Assembly (NCBI GenBank): GCA_964187785.1
Contig: OZ076409.1
Location: forward strand, 51,212,001 to 51,276,000
Direction: 5' to 3'
DNA: 64,000 nt
DNA from: Amphiscolops sp. MND2022
Taxonomy: Eukaryota
Each line of letters opens with the position of its first letter. Positions within the stretch are counted from its first letter, which is position 1. Under the pieces are notes generated by a model. That model was not told the DNA's origin, did not search any database, and saw nothing but the letters and a program-made list of their open reading frames with translations. This document shows positions 46,430-58,500 of the stretch, in pieces. The translations under genes were made by a program, and so were the position numbers.

Positions 46430-47399
46430 TTAAAAACAAACGAAGAACCTCTTCAACCAACCTGAATAATCTCCAGTTTAATGTGGACGATGACTCCTTT
46501 TAATCTCCAATTTCTCCTGAAGTGGTCGACATTGAGAGCTCCTGAAGTGATTCTGAGAGCTCCTGAAGCTCCAGAGATCTCCTGAAGTGGGATTTTATGG
46601 GTAAGCAGGAAATGTCCCCTAAATTGAAGAAACGTTCAGGATAAAGTCAGTCAGAACAAATATGATGACAGCATTCATGGGGTCTACAGTAAAAACACTG
46701 TGCCCAGTTACTAATAATAGTGTAGCGACAGATGACATAATAGATACAGCGGGAAAGCAATTGGAACACGATTTAATGGAGCTGGTAAACGAAATACAAG
46801 ACACCCGAACATTTTTGCCAAGCTCCTTCATAGACAACGAACTTGAGGAAACCAAAACATCTTCTCCGAACCTGCAAGAGGAATCATGTACGACACTGAA
46901 CATTTATGGGCGTCCAATTGCTGCTATATTTCCGACAGCGAGAGAAATATACAGGCAAAGTGGAGATTTGTTGGGACCCATCCCCACATATGCACCAATA
47001 TTTCGACGACCTCTAGTCCTAATGAAAACGAATTTGTGGTGGAATCCCACAGCAGAGTTAGCTCAGAGAGCAGATATTTTGAAGAGCCTGAATCGCTTCT
47101 GCAAATGCCCCCGATACAGCCCGCGCATGTCCTAAGGGTCATGACTAACGTAAGCCCTACGGAATACTAGCCCCCTCTGAAAGTAGACAGATTAAATGAT
47201 CTGGATAATCCCGCAGTCGCCGAATTAGAAGAAACGTGGGGACTCAACCTAAGAGAAACAGACGAGATCTACACGTTGACTGGACGAGGAAGCAAATTCA
47301 CATCAACTAAAATAGTGAGGTGCCGAAAACAACCTGTGACAATGAATAAAAAAATCCCTCACCGCTACAGACTGCCCTAGTTTCAAGCGAGAGGGGCCC
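46430..47399 (+). mobile_element. 3' internal region of a family-A Gypsy element ending in a purine-rich tract before the LTR
   Basis: (GAG)CTCCTGAAG repeats at 46510-46590, degenerate ORFs 46662-47170, and AAGCGAGAGGGG immediately before the LTR TG at 47400. Confidence 0.55.
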
Positions 47400-48019
47400 T
47401 GTCGCGACCCGCTCCCGGTCGTGATATTATTTGCTGCTCTGGGGTAGGGATTTGGCAGAAGTCGCGGCCATGGTTACTGCAAGTACTTTTAAACTGTTAA
47501 TAATACTTAGTTCTACTTACAGTACAGCTGAATTAAAATTGTGACTAACGTCCGAACATGGAGTATAACGTAAGCGTTACGGAATAATTTAGGAATGATT
47601 TTTCCTTGCTAAGGAATTTCCGCCTTAATGTTTTAACACGTGATCGTTTTCCTACTTGCGGTTGCGCATTCTGAGATACCAATCTAAATATTAAACTAAG
47701 ACATTTTCCAAAATAGGGATAATTCCTTTCTTGTCCACACTAAAAAGTAACGCTAAAATGACATTTAATTCAACAATCCCAACAGAATTTATACAATCTA
47801 AATAAAAAGAACATACAAATAATATAATGGAATTGTTTTCCAATACTGAAACAGTTGTTAACATTCACTCACATCACAGGTAAGTGATTTAGGCAGATAT
47901 TCACAAAGATATGACAACGTCACTCAACTAAGCAAGCAACTGGTGTTTCTATTTTTACGGACGAATAGCGTCGTCCACTTACTGAATTATCTGAGCTCAA
48001 ACCAATAGAATCACGCTCG

Positions 48020-48034
48020 GTTGCCCTTAGCAAC
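48020..48034. promoter_or_regulatory. RFX X-box-like motif GTTGCCCTTAGCAAC with adjacent CCAAT (also 56826-56840)
   Basis: Fits GTNRCC-N0-3-RGYAAC. CCAAT at 48002-48006. Confidence 0.45.
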
Positions 48035-48685
48035 GCTATTCTAACTAAGAGAAAAGAATGAAATCGCCTACGCTCTCCGTTTTTTCTCTCCGGCAGCCTC
48101 CGCAGCTCAGCCATACCTAATATTAATACGTACGGAAAGACTACGGAGTGAATTGTAAGATTGTAATTCACCGCTGCTCAGCTATACCTAACCTTGATAC
48201 TTACGGGACGATTACGTAGCACATTGTAAATTCACAGCTAAGGTGTAATAAATCAGGATAATTTCTTAGGAATTCCTTCACCTAATACGACGTATTCGTT
48301 GGTTTAAGAATTTGGTTTCCCATAAGTAGAAAGCTGTACTGTAAGGAAGAATATGTAAGCATCTTTGAATGAGTGATTATTTAAAGGGTATTGACGATAA
48401 AGGCTCCTAAATCCCCATCCATCTTACGTTGCAAACGGATTGTCTTAAAATGATCATAACCAAATATGCTGCTGTACATGTGAATTATAATTTGGCGTTA
48501 GGACCGAGATTGCAACGTAAAACTGCCTTCATTCTATGCAATTATTGATGGGTCTATTTTAGGTTTGTATTTTATTGTCACGAACTAATGGATGGTCTCC
48601 GTCAACATTGAATTGTGTTTTGTTCTGATAGCTCAATTTCATTTTGTTCTGTGTTTCATAACAACAATAATAATAATATTAAGTA

Positions 48686-51600
48686 ATCGCAATGCCAAAC
48701 TACACTCACTATTACACTGCGCAGGACAAAGAACACCGCCAAGTAAATAGCAGTGCCAAGTTACATCTTTAGTATCGAGATATTAAGGGGGTTGTTTGGT
48801 ATGTCTAGATTGCTTTCGAAGGGGCTATTTGTCCTTGGGAACAACCCGTAAAACAGTTTTCCGCAAGCCATTTAATTCCCTGCAATAGGGGATAGTTCTA
48901 CTCGTTCTATTGATAATGATTTGATGCCATACAACCTTTCATTAAAAATCAAGAATGAAAACATTGATGCATTCAACTAAACTTATTGTATTGACTTCAA
49001 CGAAAGAACGTGTTTTTGCAGCGGTTCAGTAGATTTTTAACTTCTCAAAGAATTCACATTTACTCCTTCGTAAATCATTGTATTCATAGACGACTTGTGG
49101 ATTATCAATTTTATCAAGAAACTTTCATCACAGTTGAACCTCACTGCTTTTCGTTTAAACAAAATTTTAAAACTTTTTAAATGAACTCTACCTCACTGTA
49201 TTTAATAAATAAGAAGACCTCCTCTTATTGCATTCTTTACAAGAATTCAAAACTAAGTTTTTTTATTCGAAACAGAAAGCTGTTGAGTTCTCTTGACGAA
49301 TGCAGAAATCAGACACATGGTATGCTCACAAATGCCTCTGAAAAGCTTTTGGTTATTTTAGATCTTTTTTTCTCATCGAGAAAAAAAGTTAATATGAATA
49401 ATAAACCTATATTAAAGATCTTTTCTGTTAATCACCCCTTCCACAGTAAGCGCTAAAATTTCATTTCACCCCATCAAAGTATCAACGATGATTTTCAGTT
49501 GAAGTTAGAATTATAGACTACTTCAGTTTGATTGGTTGTTACTACTCATTCAATTATACATTCACTCGACCGCTTATCTGGGGGGATTGAATCGGTAGGG
49601 CAAATTAACACAAAATAACCATAATTTACTTTGAATCAATTTATTCCTATTAGAAAATCCAAGTTGAACTAAAACCAAACTAGAGCAAAATTCAGTCTCA
49701 TTATCATTGGCGAATGCTGCGGCCAATCAAATTTGAGCAAACTTTGACACAGAAGTACCTATTAAATTGTAACAATTTCCCCATCTCCTTCCCCCATTCC
49801 ACCAAACCCCCTCACCCAACACTGTACAACATTAGATTTTGATTAACAATAAACACTTCTTGTATATATTAGAGGAAATTTTTGATCTTGTTGCGTTCAC
49901 CTAGGGATGGTCTAGAATATTATTTTGACTAAATTATTTTGAAGCTCTTATTCAAGATTATTTTTTGTGAAATTTTGCAGATTATTAGGACCACTCTGTT
50001 CTTTCTTTCCTCCCAAGCTGTGGCAACGGGCTGTTTGCAAATGAGAGACATGTTTGTTTTTATTTGACTAGAATCAATTTAAAACAAAGTTTCGCTTTGA
50101 CTGGACGTATTGGAATAAACTAGGTAGTAATTTGTCCTTTCATATCAAACAAAGGAGTTATTTGTCCTTCGGCTTTTAATGCGGTGGTGTTTTGTCCTCT
50201 GATGGTAAATATTGGAGTTACTTGTCCTTTGCTATTTCAAAGTAGGGGGTTATTTGTCCGCTGCTAATGAATATGCTTGAAATCCTCTGCTATAATTCTC
50301 ACTAGCTGAATGCCACTAAAAACCGAATTGGCAATGCATCTATGTCATTAGAAGTTAACGTAAATTTTTTGAAACCTTTTAAATATACATGCTTTCCCAA
50401 GAGTTGCCTTGCCTTTTCAAGCGAGTGTGCAAAAAGTCTTGAACAAATTTCTCTTAGAGTTTTCAGATGACCGGTAAAGTGATTGGCACTATAGGGAACT
50501 GATTGTTTTAAAGAAAAGAGTTCCTGCTGCCTCTACAACTTACTACAAAACTCATACCAAAATATTGAATTCGGATCTTTACTGTTGATCCCCCAAACAG
50601 TAAGTGGTGTTGTTTTTGTACAAAATTCATGAACACAACTCTTCACAGAAACTATACAAGTTCAGATACAGCTCTAGAAAAGATATATTTTGGACGTTTG
50701 TCACGCGTATTTAGGAATTGATATATGTTTGACACGCGTAATCTCAAGTTAGTGGTAATCATATTTACATATATACATCCTTCTAAAACCACAAAGATCT
50801 TTATTCATACTGCCGCGTGACCAACGTCAAAAAAACCCTCGATCAGTTTCAGACATTTAAAAACCTAGCTAATATTTTAAAAAACTATATCGGAACAGCT
50901 TTACAGTTTTTTCAGAAAACAAAAGTGGAAAACAGTAAATCCAATTTAGATTTATTCACAGATAAAGTATATTTTAATTAATTGTACAAAATTATGATAA
51001 AGAAACAAAACAAATTATTTTTACACTCCATTGAAAAATATTTCACGGAATTTTTTCCAAAATGTGGTCTCGTGTATGTGTGGCGGGGTTGGTTTAAAAG
51101 TGTGAAATCATTGGCAAATGCGGCAGCTAATCAAATTTGGGCATGTCATTTTTCATCAAGTACCAGCAAGTTTTGTTTCTTTTAAAAAACTGAACAGTTA
51201 CTGCAATCAATGACAAATAAAATGGTGCCTAACATGTTGTGTATCGATTCGATGTACCCTCAAAATTGAGCTTTATTGAAAACGTTATACTGAATGAAAA
51301 TGCTTTTAAGAAACTAGTCTACGAAAAATTTACTTCATTAGTTAGATTTATCCGCTGTTATTGCAGGCGATTTATTAAAGTTGGGAAACATCTTTGAATT
51401 TTACCAGAATTTAATTTTAAACAACCTTGTTAAAAATTACAAAAGAACATGTCATTTCGCATTTTGATTTCGGGGTGGGGGAGTCTTTATTTCTTATTAT
51501 CCCCTGAGTTACACATTGTTACGAAACAAACCCCCCAAACACGGAAGAACATTTTATTCTAGCAGAATATTCGACTCATATGGAACATGAACACCAAAGA

Positions 51601-52232
51601 AAATGTTCTTTCGTGTTGGAAGCAATACAAAACAAGATTTATCTGGGAGAAATAAAAATATTGCATTTTAGGTTACAATTTTCGCGTAACAATGTATACC
51701 TGTTGCCATTGGCATGCCTGGCGTGAATACCATTGCTGCCATTGGTGTTTGAAAATGCTATGTGAACTTTCACTTTGAACCCAAGTGTATAGATTTGCGG
51801 AGGAGGAGGATCCTGAGGAGGAGTAATTTATCATCTAATTTGTCGTAGGCAGAAAATTGCAAGCAGTATAAATACTGTACCACATTCAATTTCTTATGCA
51901 TCAATTTTGTGTGCGGTAATTGGCTTGACTGGCTTAATTAACGACAAGGCGCCATAATAATGCAATAATATTCAGGTTGTGAATTGTCCTTGAGATTATC
52001 TGAAAAAGGGTTATTTGATATTGGGGAAAAGACCTTAATATTTAAAAAACAACGCGATCGTTTTCGTTCAAAGTTTGGCAAATGTCTTTCTCAAGGGTTT
52101 TCAACTGCTTCCCTTTCGTACGAACCGTGGAAGTGGAGATTCAGGGTCATGCCAAACTACACCCCAAATAACCCCTCAGCTGGTGGTATTTGGTATGTGT
52201 TAAAATCCAACTGGGGTTATTTGGCACTGCGT
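48686..52232. mobile_element. Nested degenerate DNA element(s) with short imperfect TIR (CGCAGTGCCAAA-like), inserted in an (AAT)n tract (copy at ~57492-60766)
   Basis: Left cgcaatgccaaac (and gcagtgccaag at 48750); right ttatttggcactgcg. LTR homology resumes on both sides. Confidence 0.42.
50123..50262 (+). repeat. Phased array: five GG(A/G)GTTATTTGTCC-like motifs at 30,30,30,32-bp spacing (copy at 58931-59068)
   Basis: (T/C)TTGTCC at 50131, 50161, 50191, 50221 and 50253, with unrelated intervening sequence. Confidence 0.8.
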
Positions 52233-52689
52233 TATATAATAATAATAAAAAGAATAATAATAATAATAATAATAAATAGGAGAAATTGGAATGTGCTATT
52301 CCAGCACTATTTGTTCCTTCCTCGATATCTGAATTTTTTTGCTTTCAGAATTTGTGACTCCGCTTTAGTTTCGCCGCCATTTTTGAGTGTCATACTTTTT
52401 ACTTCAAATTCCAACTCCACAATTTGGGAGTTGACTAATTGCTAATGAAATAATCTGAATCACTGGGGAATTTTTGTGAGCAAACCCGATCTTTAATGAT
52501 ACCTAGGTATTTTTAGGTGAGGAACAAATGATGCTGGAAAGGTATAAATGTGTTGAACTCACATTGAAAATTAGTTAATCTTTAGCTGTTCTGTACTTAA
52601 CTGTTCCGTTTCTCCATCGTAAAAAACCGAAAATTTCTTCCAAGAATTCACTTCTTTCCGAGGACTCTATTATCCAACCTAAAAACGAC

Positions 52690-53060
52690 AACTAGAAGTC
52701 AGAAGAGAAAGGCTGTAGCTGAGTTTGTTTCTGGAGAGTTTGAGGCTTCTGTAGCTGATAATAAACAACCCGAAAACCTAGTAGCAGGTCCCTGTAAAAC
52801 TCTTAGAGTTGAGCCAGAAAATTTGGGCGAAATAAAAACGTCGATGAGAAACGAAATCATGTCCGATTTAACAAAAACATTAGCTGAAAACCAAGAGGAA
52901 ATGCTAAAACTCATAGCTCCTTTGAATAGAAAACTCCCAGTTCACCTGAATGAGCGAGATTCTGATTCTGAGTTTGAAAACATCTCCGTAGCCAGAACGT
53001 CATAACCTGTAAAATCAAACACGGCTGTATAAAATACTACTCCGGTAAACAGTCGTAACA
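52690..53060 (+). pseudogene. gag: gag N-terminal segment inside the LTR (copy at 61365-61737)
   Basis: TTRSQKRKAVAEFVSGE..EMLKLIAPL..TPVNSRN; the frame runs to the LTR terminus. Confidence 0.7.
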
Positions 53061-53559
53061 ACGTCATCCAACGTTTCTTTGAATAACGATTCTATATGAA
53101 TAGGCATATATACGTATACCGCTTATGCGTAATTACTCATATTTCTTGAAATTCCTGGACATTTGTAGAGTCATGTAACTTCGAATTTGTATGCTATGAA
53201 TAGATTTACATCATTTGACGTAATTCTCATTAAACTTAAATGGAAAAAAGTTTTCTTCAAAAAAAGACTGTCATGAAAAATGTTTAATATTTAATAACAA
53301 GTGCAGTTTTTGATTTTTTTCACTTTTGAAGTAATTCTCACCCAAAATAGTTGTCTGATAACCCTAACGCAATCTTTTTTCTCTACTAACCCTACCGCAA
53401 TAACCCTACCGCAATAACCCTACCGCAAAACATTTCATTTCTTTGTCAACATTTTCACTTCCTTTTTATGCTGGAATTTACAATCGGATTGAATAAATTC
53501 ATATTTTCCTAACAAGCACAAGGATTTCGCGCAAGGTTTTCGCATGTTTTCGCGCAAGA

Positions 53560-55490
53560 ACAATGGGAAATAGAAGAAATGGAGATCAGGGCGGTTAGAA
53601 ACACCGTCCCCTGAGATGGAGGTTAACAGAATTCAAACGGAAACATCGAATACAGGTAATATAACTTTGACTAGTGGTATTTCTTAAAATACGGAGGACA
53701 TAGGTAGATGTATCTCAGAATCTCAATTGAACGAAGCCAGTTTGGTCAGCAATGAGATACAGGTTTGGAACCAAATCTTAGAAAAGAACAAAGATAGAAT
53801 TGCAAAGATGCAAGAGGGAATCGAAAACAAGTTTGAATCGATACTGAAGGAACTTATGTCTAGTAAAAATGTGTCCACCATAACTAACCCCAAATCAGAA
53901 ATCAATGATACCCATAATCCACAGCCATCGGGATCAAAGGTCAATACGTCTACTGAACTTCACGCAACTAGTAATATACTCTTAGACTCAGATGAAGATG
54001 ATCATCCTCTCAGAGTTTCAGATATAGCGAGTTGAGAAACCCTGCAAACCGTTTTGGCAAAAAGGGTTAAATGTAGATAGTTTCGGAAGAAGACACCGAG
54101 GAGGATGATTATCACAGATCAAAAACAACAAAATTGTCTTTCAAGTTGAAAATGTTTGGGAAGTTTTGTAGACGACTGCTAGTCCATATTTAGTTAGATA
54201 GTGGCGCTCCTGGCTGGTGACAGGGGATGTTGTTTCCTGCTGGGTGATCGTAACGAGTAACATCGGAAGCAGTCGCATGCGGCACTCAAAAGGGAAAATT
54301 TTCAAGTTTGCCCATTGAATTTAAAATATTCTGAAAATAATCTATTGGGGAACAGTTTTCTAGAAAAACATTATTCAGAAGACGAACATCTTTTTGGTAG
54401 AACACAAACGTTCTTAAATATGGAACTAATTTGATTACCTCTACCATGAAGAAGAATGTCAAAAACCTAGACTCCAATGACAAAACATTCTTACAATTGA
54501 CCAAAAGACCTCTGCTCATGAATATTGATTTCTTGTCAGAAGAACAATACAGCTAGCCAGAATGTTGTTTGATGAGAAGGAGGCTTTCGATAACATTTAA
54601 TAAACGTTTGCGACGTCGAAATTTCTGGAAAATATGATGGTGGGTTTAAAATGTAATGTAAACATAGATTCATATGAAGATGATCATTCTCTCAGAGCTT
54701 CAGATAAGAACGAGTTGAGACACCTTGTCAAACCGTTTTGCCAAAATAGGTTGAAATTAGACGAAACAATAGTTTCAGAAGAAGACTCCGCGGAGGAGAG
54801 TATATTACATGGTGATAGGTCCCAATCTACAACTCCAAAGACAGGGCTCCCAAAACCCTCAGTCTTTAAATGACACAACAGGATCCCACGCTGACAAAGT
54901 ACGTCAACACTGACAAGAAACCCACTTGATTCAGTCAACATCTCATTAGCAATAGAAAAACTGGCAAACAAAAACCCTCAACAATTTCTTTTTCACTCGA
55001 AAATTACACAAACTTTCAATGGAGAAAACGTGAAAAACGAGAAAGCTGAATGTTCCGAAGCTTTACTCCTTACAACACTTCGAATGCAACGAAACTTAAC
55101 TAAGGAAGTGAAAACTAACCACTTTCATGCACAAACTTTTTTGATTTTTCTGATATACAATAGATATGGATAATATGTTTTCGGTAATATTCGGTACATT
55201 CAAAAATATACAAAGAACTTTGGAAAACAGCCTCACAGTTTTTCGCAGGAAATACGTAAAACCGGAGTCTAGTGCATCGGTTAAGCACAGATTCTCAATG
55301 AACTTTTCTTTGATCCTGAAAATCAAAAAATCCCTGACTTTGTAAAGGAACTTCAAGAAAGTGAAGTAAAAGTGTTTGGGGACAATGCAATTCAAATGAT
55401 ACAGAACTTAGTCTATGCCAAAATGCGCCCACTTCTCAAAAAGTCCATCAATCAAGCATACTTAGAAAATGGAACATATGACCATATCGA
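53560..55490 (+). pseudogene. gag: Family-B Gypsy LTR-end/gag relics with PBS-like TGG at 54810 (copy at 62200-64000)
   Basis: SLVSNEIQVWNQILE..; two LTR-like ends (..GATTATCACA at 54116; ..TATTACA at 54809 followed by TGGTGA); then LAIEKLANK..TTLRMQ..NHFHA..RRKYVKPES..FDPENQK. Confidence 0.72.
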
Positions 55491-55577
55491 AAAACTGCAA
55501 AGAAAAACATTTTCACTAGCATTTGGGTTTTGAGGCGAAGAGAAGCCTTTTGCCATGCAACTTTCAGAGGCATATTC

Positions 55578-58500
55578 CACGATTTAATGGAGCTGGTAAA
55601 CGAAATACAAGACACCCGAACATTTTTGCCAAGCTCCTTCATAGACAACGGACTTGAGGAAACCGAAACATCTTCTCCGAACCTGCAAGAGGAATCATGA
55701 ACGACACTGAACATTTATGGGCGTCCAATTGCTGCTATATTGCCGACAGCGAGAGAAATATACAGGCAAAGTGGAGATTCTTTGAGACCCATCCCCACAT
55801 ATCCACCAATATTTCGATGACCTCTAGTCCTAATGAAAACGAATTTGTGGTGGAATTCCACGGTAGAGTTAGCTCAGAGAGCAGATATTTTGAAGAGCCT
55901 GAATCGCCTCTGCAAATGCCCCCGATACAGCTCGCGCATGTCCTAAGTGTCATGACTAACGTAAACCCTACGGAATACTAGCCCCCTCTGAAAGTAGAAA
56001 GATTAAATGATCTGGATAATCCCGCAGTCGCCGAATTAGAAGAAACGTGGGGACTCAACCTAAGAGAAACAGACGCGATCTACACGTTGACTGGACGAAG
56101 AAGCAAATTCACATTATATAAAATAGTGAGGTGCTGAAAACAACCTGTGACAATAAATAAAGAAATCCCTCACTGCTACAGACTGCCATAGTTTCAAGCG
56201 AGAGGTCGCGACCCGCTCCCGGTCGTGATATTATTTGCTGCTCTGGGGTGGAGGGATTTGGCAGAAGTCGCGGCCATGGTTACTGCAAGTACTTTTAAAC
56301 TGTTAATAATACTTAGTTCTACTTACAGTACAGCTGAATTAAAATTGTAACTAACGTCCGAACATGGAGTATAACGTAAGAGTTACGGAATAATTTAGGA
56401 ATGATTTTTCCTTGCTAAGAAACTTCAGTCATAATGTTTTAACACGTGATCGTTTTCCCACTTGCGGTTGCGCATTCTGAGATACCAATCTAAATATTAA
56501 AATAGGACATTTTGCAAAATAGGGATAATTCCTTTCTTGTCCACACTAAAAAGTAACGCTAAAATGACATTTAATTCCACAATCCCAACGGAATTTATAC
56601 AATCTAAATAAAAAGAACATACAAATAATATAATGGAATTGTTTTCCAATACTGAAACAGTTGTTAACATTCACTTACATCACAGGTAAGTGATTTAGGC
56701 AGATATTCACAAAGATATGACAACGTCACTCAACTAAGCAAGCAACTGGTGTTTCTATTTTTACGGACGAATAGCGTCGTCCACTTACTGATTTATCTGA
56801 GCTCAAACCAATAGAATCACGCTCGGTTGCCCTTAGCAACGCTATTCTAACTAAGAGAAAAGAATGAAATCGCCTACACTCTCCGTTTTTTCTCTCCGGC
56901 AGCCTCCGCAGCTCAGCCATACCTAATATTAATACGTACGGAAAGACTACGGAGTGAATTGTAAGATTGTAATTTACCGCTGCTCAGCTATACCTAACCT
57001 TGATACTTACGGGACGATTATGTAGCACATTGTAAATTCACAGCTAAGGTGTAATAAATCAGGATAATTTCTTAGGAATTCCTCTATCTAATACGACGTA
57101 TTCGTTGGTTTAAGAATTTGGTTTCCCATATGTAGAAAGCTGTACTGTAAAGGAGAATATGTAAGCATCTTTGAATGAGTGATGATTTAAAGGGTACTGA
57201 CGATAAAGGCTCCTAAATCCCCATCCATCTTACGTTGCAAACGGCTTGTCCTAAAATGATCATAACCAAATATGCTGTTGTACATGTGAATTATAATTTG
57301 GCATTAGGACCGAGATTGCAACGTAAAACTGCCTTCATTCTATGCTATTATTGATGGGTTTATTTTAAGTTTGTATTTTATTGTCACGAACTAACGGATG
57401 GTCTCCGTCAACAATGAATTGCGCTTTGTTCTGATAGCTCAACTTCATTTTGTTCTGTGTTTCATAACAACAATAATAAAAATATTAGGTAATCGCAAAG
57501 CCAATCTACACTCACTATTACACTGCGCAGGACAAAGAACACGGTCAAGTAAATAGCAGTGCCAAGTTAAATCTTTAGTATCGAGATAATAAGGGGGTTG
57601 TTTGGTATGTGTAGATTGCTTTCGAAGGGGCTATTTGTCCTTGGGAATAACCCGTAAAACAGTTTTCCGCGAGCCATTTAATTCCCTGCAATAGGGAATA
57701 GTTCTACTCGTGCTATTGAAAATGATTTGATGCCATACAACCTTTCTTATAAAAATCATGAATGAAAACATTGATGCATTCAAACAAACTTATTCTATTG
57801 ACTTCAACGAAAGAACGTGTTTTTGCAGCGGTTCAGTAGATTTTTAATTTCTCAAAGAATTCACATTTACTCCTTCGTAAATCATTGTATTCATAGACGA
57901 CTTGTGGATTATCAATTTTATCAAGAAGAAACTTTCATCACAGTTGAACATCACTGCTGTTCATTCAAACAAACTTTTAAAACTTTTTAAATGAACTCTA
58001 CCTCACTGTTTTTAATGAATAAGAAGACCTCCTCTTATTGTATTCTTTACAAGATTTCAAAACTATGTTTTTTTATTCGAAACAGAAAGCTGTTGAGTTC
58101 TCATGACGAATGCAGAAATCAGACACATGGTAAGCTCACAAAAGCCTCTAAAAAGCTTTTGGTTATTTTAGGTCTTTTTTTCTCAACGAGAAAAAAAGTT
58201 AATTCGAAAAATAAACTTATATTAAAGATTTTTCTGTTAATCACCCCTCCCACAGTGAGCGCTAAAATTTCATTTCACCCCATCAAAGTATCAACGATGA
58301 TTTTCATTTGAAGTTAGAAGTATAGACTACTTCAGTTTGATTGGTTGCTACTATTCATTCAATTATACATTCACTCGACCGCTTAACTGGGGGGATTGAA
58401 TCGGTAGGGCCAATTAACACAAAATAACCATAATTTACTTTGAATCAATTTATTCCTATTAGAAAATCCAAGTTGAATTAAAACTAAACTAGAGCAAAAT

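Larger units (their letters stand above)
47400..53060 (+). mobile_element. Family-A LTR expanded by a nested insertion; contains the gag N-terminus at its 3' end
   Basis: Start TGTCGCGACCCGCTCCCGG, end CCGGTAAACAGTCGTAACA. U3 and U5 blocks match 13447-14859. Confidence 0.72.
46767..55490 (+). repeat. Tandem segmental duplication, unit 1 (~8.7 kb)
   Basis: Collinear with 55578-64000. Offset 8811 at the start and ~8640 at the end. ~90-95% identity by eye with indels in both copies. Confidence 0.95.

Noticed and set aside
46510-46590. CTCCTGAAG repeats as a regulatory array
   Set aside because: Irregular spacing; best explained as low-complexity SPEV-type coding in the retroelement tail.
47920-48171. 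Conserved small protein (MAELRRLPERK..; also 56726-56920)
   Set aside because: It is conserved only because of the segmental duplication, overlaps LTR promoter motifs, and has no domain.
51984-52445. 153-aa ORF
   Set aside because: It spans a copy-specific insertion, an (AAT)n tract (poly-Ile) and LTR sequence; a chance ORF.
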